The notes under the pieces: model-generated
Seen by the model: only the letters and a program-made list of their open reading frames with translations
Databases searched by the model: none
What the model was told of the DNA's origin: nothing
Assembly (NCBI GenBank): GCA_965222225.1
Contig: CBDCTK010000002.1
Location: 2,144,001-2,208,000, forward strand
Direction of reading: 5' to 3'
Source: Candidatus Poribacteria bacterium
GTDB lineage: Bacteria > Poribacteria > WGA-4E > JAJDTR01
Length of the DNA stretch: 64,000 nt
Position numbers and translations under genes: made by a program
Shown here: positions 51,195-59,114 of the stretch, piece after piece
How positions within the stretch are numbered: the stretch's first letter is position 1
Layout: each line of letters starts with the position of its first letter

Positions 51195-51369
51195 GAGCCT
51201 GTTTGAAAATTCATTTCGGGTAGAACTTGTGCCCTGAAACCGATCAAATGAGCGAATAGTGAGTGCGATAGAAATCCTGACAGGTGTATAGCAGGCGACC
51301 ACAAAAGCATGAAAAAGCCGCGCCCAAAGTGACCGAAATTGCTTTGCCACCTATTATTCAAACCGGCTC
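51195..51369. mobile_element. 175-bp IS5-like MITE with TAA target duplication, containing a 35-bp unit (51242-51276)
   Basis: TIRs GAGCCTGTTTGAA / TTCAAACCGGCTC; flanked by TAA at 51192-51194 and 51370-51372. Confidence 0.8.
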
Positions 51370-51788
51370 TAAGTGGTTTGCTCGCTAAGTATAAAGGTAT
51401 AATTTACTGTGACAGTATTCTAGTTAACCGAGTTATATACTGAATGTCTAAAAATTTATCACTGATGAATATATCATAAAGATTTAGAAAGTAAACCACT
51501 AAGTTCGACTTTGTACCTTTAAGCCGAATAACAGACGGTGTCAATCAAGCGTTGAAGAAAAGTGGAAGAGATTTTAGCCATCGGGCCTTTTTGGTTGACC
51601 ATTGAAAAAGTCGGCAGTGGTTTCTGCGACCATGCAGAACGTGTTAGGTTTCGCTTGAATTTTGGTGTTGCACGGCGGGGCAAGATGCCCCGTCTACGGA
51701 TTTGGTGCTGCACCGCTTTACGTTCAATCCAACTGTTGTACGTTTGTACAAAGTCGAGCTAAGGAAGTTACAGGTAAGGTAAACAATC

Positions 51789-52262
51789 GTGGATGAATTA
51801 ATTCAACTAATTCCGTTCATCATCATTGCACTGACTCTACTGGGACGCGTTTTTCTCCGCAAGAAGCCGCGGGAATCGGAACCGGAGGTTGTGCTGGAGG
51901 ATGAACGGGAAGTAACGCTGCCACCTTGGGGTAACATTGCAACCACGGATGACAATACCGGCGGGCCTTTACCTGACTTCTTGGAACTAGACGAACGGTC
52001 GCCATCACCGAAACCTAGTCCATCAGTAACAGCGGCGAAAGAAACTCAACCTCCGCCTGATACTACAGCGTCGAAACCAATTGAGCGTCCCACTTTAAAT
52101 CAGGCAGAGGAACGAAAAGAAGCCACTCCTGTCCGAACAGCGCCTCGTACAATTGCGGGCATTTCTCTAACATCTCAGACGATTCGTCAGGGAATCATAC
52201 TGCGCGAAATCCTTGGGCCTCCCAAATCCCTCCGACGCCGCCGTGCTGAAACAGAAAACTAG
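51789..52262 (+). CDS. Hypothetical membrane-anchored protein typical of nfeD-floA loci
   Basis: N-terminal TM, Pro-rich linker, C-terminal IRQGIILREILGPPKS. Confidence 0.65.
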   Translation: MDELIQLIPFIIIALTLLGRVFLRKKPRESEPEVVLEDEREVTLPPWGNIATTDDNTGGPLPDFLELDERSPSPKPSPSVTAAKETQPPPDTTASKPIERPTLNQAEERKEATPVRTAPRTIAGISLTSQTIRQGIILREILGPPKSLRRRRAETEN

Positions 52263-52338
52263 AGAAATGGGCAAGATTGTGGGGTAAGGAAATGATAATC
52301 CCCTCACAGAAGATAAGCCTGTCGTAAAGCGAGGCTGA

Positions 52339-53700
52339 CTACGATTCACGCTCAATTTCATATTGGCGCATTTTCCGATGCAAATGGGTTCGCTCAATGC
52401 CGAGTTGTTTTGCCGTTTCGGTGATGTTCCAACTGTTTCCCTTGAGACAGTTGAGGATAAAACGGCTTTCAAATTCTTGCCGCGCATCCTTGAGCGATGT
52501 CTCCGAATTGTCCCCGCCAGCGCTGTTCCGCCGGGTTTCCTCCGATAAATCGCTTTCGTCTATCGTTTGACTCGGACACAATATTACCACTCTCTCCATG
52601 AGATTGCGCAACTCGCGAACATTGCCCCGCCAGTCGCGTCTTCGAAGATTGTTCATGGCGGCATCGCTTAGGGACATCGTCTGTTTCCCGTTTTCACGAT
52701 AGAATCGCGACAAGAAATAATCCACAAGCAACGGGAGATCTTCAATCCGCTCTCGCAGCGCCGGGCTATGGATGGGGACAACGTTCAAGCGGTAGTAAAG
52801 ATCTTCTCGAAAATTGCCCTTTTCAATTTCGTCGGGGAGATGCTTGTTCGTCGCCGAGATAACGCGGACATCCGTCTTGAGCGTTTGGTTTCCACCGACT
52901 CGCTCATATTCCCGTTCCTCCAAGACGCGCAGTACTTTTGCCTGCGTCGACAAACTCATGTCTCCAATCTCGTCCAGGAAAATTGTCCCGCCATCCGCTT
53001 GTTCGAACTTCCCGACTCGTTTCTTGGATGCTCCCGTAAACGAGCCTGCCTCATGCCCAAACAGTTCGGATTCGATCAGTTCTTGGGGGATTGCCGCACA
53101 ATTGACTTTGACGAGCGGTGCTTCAGTCCGCTCGCTGAAGGCGTGGATGGCGTGGGCGATGAGTTCCTTGCCTGTGCCGCTCTCGCCGGTGATGAACACC
53201 CGTCCATTTGTCGGTGCCACCTGCCGAATCTTCAGTAGAATCTCCTGAATCTGGGGGCTGTCTCCAACAATTCCGTGTGCGCTCGCTTCCGCGTCGCCGT
53301 CTCTCTGGGAATGCCTAATGGCAATTTTCTCACTAATCGTTTCAACCTTGCTCAAGATGCTGTCAAGCGAGAGCGGTTTCCCCAAGAAGTCGGAGGCGCC
53401 TAGCTGTCCGGCTTCTAGGGCAAGGTCAAACGTTCCGTGACCGGAAATCATGATGATTTTTGCATCGGGTGATATTTGCCGTATCCGCTTCAGCGTTTCA
53501 ATCCCATCCATCCCGCCGGGCATAAGAATGTCCAAGAAAACGAGATCTATGTGCTCGCCCGCAAGACTACGAACCCCCTCCTCGCCGCTAAGAGCGGTTT
53601 GGACGGTGTAACCCTCGTCTTCCAAGACGCCTTGCAGGGACTCGCAAATGCTGATTTCGTCGTCAATAACTAGAATGTTGGGTTTGAATTTGGAGTGCAT
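52339..53700 (-). CDS. sigma54-dependent response regulator (NtrX/NtrC-like)
   Basis: Receiver domain (IDDE, LDILMP), GESGTGKE, ESELFGHE.GSFTGA, FLDEIGD, FREDLYYRLNV, C-terminal HTH. Confidence 0.93.
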   Translation of the reverse strand: MHSKFKPNILVIDDEISICESLQGVLEDEGYTVQTALSGEEGVRSLAGEHIDLVFLDILMPGGMDGIETLKRIRQISPDAKIIMISGHGTFDLALEAGQLGASDFLGKPLSLDSILSKVETISEKIAIRHSQRDGDAEASAHGIVGDSPQIQEILLKIRQVAPTNGRVFITGESGTGKELIAHAIHAFSERTEAPLVKVNCAAIPQELIESELFGHEAGSFTGASKKRVGKFEQADGGTIFLDEIGDMSLSTQAKVLRVLEEREYERVGGNQTLKTDVRVISATNKHLPDEIEKGNFREDLYYRLNVVPIHSPALRERIEDLPLLVDYFLSRFYRENGKQTMSLSDAAMNNLRRRDWRGNVRELRNLMERVVILCPSQTIDESDLSEETRRNSAGGDNSETSLKDARQEFESRFILNCLKGNSWNITETAKQLGIERTHLHRKMRQYEIERES

Positions 53701-53737
53701 GGTTTTTTGTGATATTAGGACTTACGCAGTTTAGATT

Positions 53738-53765
53738 GTAGGGAACGCAGAACTGCGTTCCCTAC
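53738..53765. repeat. GTAG-type REP palindrome
   Basis: GTAGGGAACGCAGAACTGCGTTCCCTAC. Confidence 0.8.
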
Positions 53766-53774
53766 TTGCGTGAT

Positions 53775-53983
53775 TCATTGGGCAGCAGGATGTGTACGGA
53801 TTTCAGCGCTTAACGGAAGTCCCTCCTCCGCACGAACGGCTAAACATTCGGTGATAGCATCCCTGATGTTTTCCAACGCTTCCTCCTCGGTCCGTCCCTG
53901 AGAGACACAACCCGGAATTGCCGGGCATTCTGCGACATACCAACCATCTTCGTCTTTTTCAAGGGTTACAATCCATTTTGCAT
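53775..53983 (-). pseudogene. HicB-family antitoxin, frameshifted just after the start codon (absent from ORF track)
   Basis: GGAGG RBS, ATG, 2 extra nt, then KWIVTLEKDEDGWYVAECPAIPGCVSQGRTEEEALENIRDAI..; 209 bp is not a multiple of 3. Confidence 0.8.
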
Positions 53984-54083
53984 TCTATTTTCCTCCATCA
54001 GTGAATAGTGCGTGTACATGTGGTCGAAAGTCTAATGCCGGTTTCCTCGTCATTTATTAAAACGATCAGAACGTCGCGTAAAT

Positions 54084-55145
54084 TCATAATATCCGACTCT
54101 CATATGACAGGTCGTCCTTGTCATAACCAAAGTTGGCAATCAGATTTTCTGCGCGCCTCTTAATCACTTCAGAGCCACCAGAGGTTTCAACAAAGATCTC
54201 TGTCCCGTTAATTTGCTTCGGGGCAGTAAAGTCGCTGGCGTTTCTTGAAAAGGGCGATTTGATTTTTCCTTTGAAACTCAACACCTCCTCAAAGCGGTTC
54301 CCGTGTATCTCATGGATTACCTCACATAATCGGACAAACATTTCACGCCACGATTGGACCTCATATCTCCTCCCGTCAAATGTAAATGCCGTTGCTTTCG
54401 TGAGTTTCAAGGAACTAGAAGGTTTTGGTTCAGGGGGTGCATTAGGCTCTGAAGGAGGAACAGGAGTGGTTAGAAGCGGCGTTATCTGTATTTGTTCGAG
54501 ATGCCCGGAGAGGAATTGCTCTACTTCGTTTCTATCCGGCTGACGTACACATAATCTATGTGTACGTTTTGCGAGGAGATTTACAACTGAACTATCAGGC
54601 TCACTTACTAGTTGATTCCATACCTCTGGCAGGGCCTCTAAAATTTGGTGTCTCTCGGCATTTTGGATGGTTCTCCCAGAGAAAACATTGTCTTTACTGA
54701 GAAGGTCAACCAACTTTTGCGCAATCTCAGTGCTATCTTGTCGATCAAGTTCCAGAGCTGCGACCCTTCTCCGCTCCCAACTTACCGCTCGAATCGGCAG
54801 GTAAAACCACCAGGTTGCGCCGTTGGTGAGTATTGCGATTTCAACACCTTCGGCAAAAGCGTAATCGAGCAGTTGCTCGCCATGTCTTTCCAACGATTCG
54901 CCACCTCTTTTCGCCTCAATGAAGACCTTCAACGTGTCGTCGCAAAACAGTGCATAGTCTACAGATCGACTGCCTACAGAATATTCACGCCCCACCTCAT
55001 CAGGATCCACCACATCCCAACCCAGTTCGCGAAAAATTGGTTCTATGGCAGTGGCTTTTGTGTTAGCTTCATCAAACGAGGTTAAGCGCCCACTTGATAT
55101 ATATCCTTGAATTCTTTCTATCTCCCTCCGTACTTCATCAACCAT
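54084..55145 (-). CDS. Stand-alone HsdR N-terminal-like PD-(D/E)xK nuclease with Pro-rich linker and C-terminal domain
   Basis: EANTK..IEPIFRELGWD, VDYAL, FIEAK, QLLDYA, ILTNG. Confidence 0.8.
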   Translation of the reverse strand: MVDEVRREIERIQGYISSGRLTSFDEANTKATAIEPIFRELGWDVVDPDEVGREYSVGSRSVDYALFCDDTLKVFIEAKRGGESLERHGEQLLDYAFAEGVEIAILTNGATWWFYLPIRAVSWERRRVAALELDRQDSTEIAQKLVDLLSKDNVFSGRTIQNAERHQILEALPEVWNQLVSEPDSSVVNLLAKRTHRLCVRQPDRNEVEQFLSGHLEQIQITPLLTTPVPPSEPNAPPEPKPSSSLKLTKATAFTFDGRRYEVQSWREMFVRLCEVIHEIHGNRFEEVLSFKGKIKSPFSRNASDFTAPKQINGTEIFVETSGGSEVIKRRAENLIANFGYDKDDLSYESRIL

Positions 55146-55167
55146 CTCTTTCCTCCATAATGTAGGT

Positions 55168-56808
55168 TCATCCAATTGTGGTCGTTTTCAGCCACAACAT
55201 AAACGTTGTCCCGGGCTGTCCGGGTTCGGCGTCTTCGAGGTGAATGTCACCCCCGAGATCCGTCATAATCTTCTTGACGATTGCCAACCCGAGCCCCATG
55301 CCATCCCTTTTCGTCGAAACATGAGGTGTGAATATCTTCTCTCGCACCTCGGGCGGAATCCCTCTCCCGGCGTCAGCGAAGTGAACGTACACCCTAGATT
55401 TGTCGAGGGACGGGAATGTCCGAATGGTCAACATTCCTTTCTCCATGTCATCCATCGACTCAAGTCCGTTCTTAATCAGGTTCAGGAAGGCGCGTTTCAG
55501 ATGCTCGGCATCCCCCACAACAGGTGGCAAATCAGAAGGGACCTCCATTCGCACTTCGACGTGGGGCGGAAACTCGCCGAATATATCTATCGTGGCTTCG
55601 ATAACCTCATCCAGCTTGAGAGATGATAGCTCCGGCGCTGGCAGCCGGGCGAGTTGCGAGAATTCGTCAAGCAGATGGCGTAAACCTTCAACCGCTGTAA
55701 TGATTGTTTGCGTGCACTGTTCGAGCAGCTCCGCATATTCACCCGGGTTGGTATGGTAACGACGATGAAGTCGCTGCGCAGAGAGTTGAATCGGCGTTAA
55801 CGGATTCTTGATTTCATGTGCCAGTTTCTGTGCTATCTCTTGCCAAGCCGCGATTTTTTCGGCGCGCTTTAACTCTTCGGTCCGCCGCCGCAGGTCGCCA
55901 ACCATCTGATTGAATGCTCTCGCCAACACAGCAAACTCATCTTTGCTTCGAACTTTGACCTCGTAGTCCAGGTTTCCATCGACAATCTCCTCTGTACCTT
56001 TGACAATTGACTGGATCGGGGTGTTGATTCCTTTGGCAAGAATGCGGCTTAACCAAAATGAGAGCCCAATCACCACGGCAGCCGTGATTAACAGCGCGAT
56101 AAAAGTCAATCGTTTTTCCGTTCGCCGATATTCTAGCTGGTCTTCGTCGATACCCGTGGCTAACGCGCCGATATTTGTCGCCAGAGCATCAACCCGACCC
56201 TGAATTGTCGCCAGAGCATCAACCCGACCCTGAATTGTCGCCAACTGGTCGCGTGCCTGAGCCGTGGTTAATGGAATCAACTTGCCAACGACGATTGCCC
56301 CGAGACGAGAGGTTCCATCTTCCGAAAAGATTGGCATCCCGGAAATCAGAACGCCTTGGTGCTTTAATTCCTCGGACGTGGTCGGATCTTCGGGCAACTC
56401 ATTTAAGGGGTAAAGAAAATCGGTGAGGTCCGTTGGTGGTATGTCGGGATGCGTGCGATAAATCGTCTGTCCCGATTGGTCGTACAGTGCGAGGATATAT
56501 TCCTGATACGCATCAGCGAGTTCGGTCATTCGCTGATTGATGAGACTGGAATCGGCTGGCGTTTCCAAAGCAGCCACTAAATCCGGATCAAGCGCTAACT
56601 CTTCAGCCGTAAACGTCAGCGGCTGATTTTCATGCAGTTCAAGTTGATAGGCAAGCTTCTTCGCATTTTCCAACGTTGCCGCGATCTTATAGTCCGCCCA
56701 GTGTTCAATGCTTTGGCTAATCAGATGGTAGGCGACCAGAACAAGGATAATTGTCGGAAACAGCGCCATCCCCGTAAAGGCCAATAGTAGCTTGCGTTGG
56801 AACTTCAT
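55168..56808 (-). CDS. HAMP sensor histidine kinase (NtrY-like)
   Basis: Two TMs, HAMP, AAWQEIAQKLAHEIKNPLTPIQLSAQRL, NLIKN, DAGRGI, GMGLGL. Confidence 0.92.
   Translation of the reverse strand: MKFQRKLLLAFTGMALFPTIILVLVAYHLISQSIEHWADYKIAATLENAKKLAYQLELHENQPLTFTAEELALDPDLVAALETPADSSLINQRMTELADAYQEYILALYDQSGQTIYRTHPDIPPTDLTDFLYPLNELPEDPTTSEELKHQGVLISGMPIFSEDGTSRLGAIVVGKLIPLTTAQARDQLATIQGRVDALATIQGRVDALATNIGALATGIDEDQLEYRRTEKRLTFIALLITAAVVIGLSFWLSRILAKGINTPIQSIVKGTEEIVDGNLDYEVKVRSKDEFAVLARAFNQMVGDLRRRTEELKRAEKIAAWQEIAQKLAHEIKNPLTPIQLSAQRLHRRYHTNPGEYAELLEQCTQTIITAVEGLRHLLDEFSQLARLPAPELSSLKLDEVIEATIDIFGEFPPHVEVRMEVPSDLPPVVGDAEHLKRAFLNLIKNGLESMDDMEKGMLTIRTFPSLDKSRVYVHFADAGRGIPPEVREKIFTPHVSTKRDGMGLGLAIVKKIMTDLGGDIHLEDAEPGQPGTTFMLWLKTTTIG
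56175..56243. repeat. Perfect 30-bp tandem repeat (2.3 copies) within the kinase gene
   Basis: TTGTCGCCAGAGCATCAACCCGACCCTGAA x2 plus TTGTCGCCA; encodes ATIQGRVDAL twice. Confidence 0.95.
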
Positions 56809-56867
56809 TAGCTGCCAAACGAGAATTGTACTCCGTTAAGTGGAATGCCCTAACAACGTTCAAACTC

Positions 56868-57743
56868 CTATATCAGATTCGTGAGTTCCAAGGTACGGCG
56901 CAGTTGCTCCAGATTCGCGGAGGTCATCGGCGCGAGAGGGAGACGCATCTTTCCGTTCAGTTTGCCCATTAACATTAGAGCGGTTTTCGCGGGGATGGGA
57001 TTCGTCTCAATAAAGAGGTCAACCGCCAACGGCATGGTCTCATAGTGCAGTTTTCGGGCGAGTTCAACATTACCCGCTTTGAAAGCGCCGCACAGCTCGG
57101 CAATGGGCGCGGGATCGACATTTGCCACAACAGAGATAACGCCTTTTCCGCCGACGGAGAGGATTGGCAACGTATTCACATCATCGCCCGAAAGCACGAC
57201 GAAATCGTAGGGGCACATGGAAATGACTTCGCTGGCGCGTTTGAGGTCGCCTGTGGCTTCCTTGAGTCCGACGATGTTCGGGTGTTCGGCAAGTCGAGCA
57301 ACCGTTACCGACAGAATGTCTGTGCCGCATCTGCCGGGGACGTTGTAAATGATAATCGGGATGTCGACGCTGTCGGCAATCTTCATGTAGTGGGCATAAA
57401 GACCATTCTGCGTTGGCTTGTTGTAATACGGCGTAACGATGAGCACCCCGTCTGCCCCGGCAGCTTTCGCATGCTCCGTTGCGTGCAATGTGCGCGTTGT
57501 CGAATTTGAACCTGTTCCCGCAATTACTGGCAGTCGGCCGTTGACCGTTTGGACAGCCAACTCGACGACGCGATTGTGCTCTTCATCCGAAAGTGCAGGA
57601 GACTCACCGGTTGTGCCACAGGGAACAATTCCGTCTGTGCCACCTTCAATCTGGAACTCCAGGAGTTCTTTGAGCTTGCTTTCGTCAAGCGATTCATCGT
57701 CCTTGAACGGCGTTACGAGTGCGACGAAGGATCCTTCGAACAT
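56868..57743 (-). CDS. dapA: 4-hydroxy-tetrahydrodipicolinate synthase
   Basis: ALVTPF, GTTGES, TPYYNKP, YNVPGR, GLKEA, LSGDD, ETNPIP.K. Confidence 0.96.
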   Translation of the reverse strand: MFEGSFVALVTPFKDDESLDESKLKELLEFQIEGGTDGIVPCGTTGESPALSDEEHNRVVELAVQTVNGRLPVIAGTGSNSTTRTLHATEHAKAAGADGVLIVTPYYNKPTQNGLYAHYMKIADSVDIPIIIYNVPGRCGTDILSVTVARLAEHPNIVGLKEATGDLKRASEVISMCPYDFVVLSGDDVNTLPILSVGGKGVISVVANVDPAPIAELCGAFKAGNVELARKLHYETMPLAVDLFIETNPIPAKTALMLMGKLNGKMRLPLAPMTSANLEQLRRTLELTNLI

Positions 57744-58039
57744 GTCAGAACCTCCTTCAAATCAGTGGAAAAACCGTGGTCATACGTCCTGTGAATCGTC
57801 CTTTGAGGATTCTGTAAGGGTAGAAAAACAGGCTGCGTCACCCTGCTGTTTCCTATCGCAGGTGAAACCCTCTTTGTCGGGCATGTATTCAGTTATGCGT
57901 TTTTTTGAGTTGTAGTGAGATTGTCTAATCTGAGTGCGCAAAGTCCTAGAAACATCGTCAGGTAAATGACGGCTTCCGGTAGAGAACAATTTTTTCCCAA
58001 TTTCACACAGCGTGCACCGTCAATGTTGCTTTTTTAATT

Positions 58040-58477
58040 CTAGGAGTCCGACGCGCTACGCCATAGGTGGCAGCCAGTTGATCCAGCCACTAACACCAAC
58101 AAACCGTCAATAAACTCCCACCATACATCTTTTGCCGCTATACCGGCAGCGGGCAGGTTGTCTAGAAAAAAGTCGTAGGTCAAAAAGTTGGTGAAGAACC
58201 AAGGCGCCCGCAAGAGCGAGGCATAGAAAGCCACGTTGGCTTCCAAATACTCACGCGTGATTGGACTATCGGCTCCCCCATTTCCAACGGCTCGCTTCCG
58301 GGCGATATTCACGATTAACGCTACCAACACGGAGAACGCCATGAACCAATTCACAAATTTCCAGATCGGATATTGTGGAGATCCGTCGTGGTGGATCGGG
58401 GTAGTCACCCAGTTTATACCTACGACAATAGCGGTAGCTACGAGAATGATCCCGAGTATCCGTTTCAACGCTGACAT
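58040..58477 (-). CDS. Hypothetical four-TM membrane protein
   Basis: GGAGG RBS; four hydrophobic segments. Confidence 0.65.
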   Translation of the reverse strand: MSALKRILGIILVATAIVVGINWVTTPIHHDGSPQYPIWKFVNWFMAFSVLVALIVNIARKRAVGNGGADSPITREYLEANVAFYASLLRAPWFFTNFLTYDFFLDNLPAAGIAAKDVWWEFIDGLLVLVAGSTGCHLWRSASDS

Positions 58478-58692
58478 AAGTCATTGCCTCCCGATTTTAA
58501 TAACCGTGGTCGAATCAAGCGTATCAAAACTAAACGAGCTATATTCACCGCAACCCAAGTCGACTGTTCGGGACGCCCGACGCTTCTCGGAATTGTTGAC
58601 CGCCCCAAATTAGCACCGACGGATTATAGAATAGCCGGGTAAGACTGTCAAGCAAATTCAATAACTTAACCCAGGGGAAAACGCATCTGATT

Positions 58693-58891
58693 GTAGGAAT
58701 CAAGCGGAGTGAATAGATCAAGAGAGTGCGTAACGACCACGATAAAGATCACAGTGCAATAGGACGCTCTTCAAGCGGTTGAGTACGGAGTAGGAGTTCC
58801 TATCGATCAAAGGAACGGATAGTGACTGCGATAGAATTTCTCCCTCCTTAATCAGTCGGTTGATCGATAGAGATCCCTCGTTATTCCCTAC
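58693..58891. repeat. REP shell filled with multiply nested 35-bp units
   Basis: Begins GTAGG and ends GTTATTCCCTAC; full units at 58716-58750 and 58805-58839 with split units around them. Confidence 0.85.
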
Positions 58892-58998
58892 AAAAATCCT
58901 GGGACATGAGATTATCGTAGAAAATCATCATTTCTGCTTATTGCACAGATCGTGTTTAATATCAGGCGGGATTGCCTCGGCACATCGGAGAAAAACTG

Positions 58999-59027
58999 TT
59001 GACAAAGATTCCATTAACCTGTATACT
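58999..59027 (+). promoter_or_regulatory. sigma70-like promoter
   Basis: TTGACA-17 bp-TATACT. Confidence 0.7.
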
Positions 59028-59114
59028 TAAAAGATGTGTTGTGGACTCAAGTTTCCCCTAGTACCAACAGATAGAACCCCTTTCAAAACCACACTGTTCA
59101 GGAGAAAAGATCTC

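Noticed and set aside
57744-58030. Lysine riboswitch upstream of dapA
   Set aside because: I could not find the conserved AGAGGUGC...GCCGAA core by eye; an Rfam scan would settle it.
5231-58839. 35-bp units as CRISPR repeats or a TIGR-like guide array
   Set aside because: They are dispersed and nested rather than regularly spaced, with no unique spacers and no cas gene; variation is limited to covarying dinucleotides.
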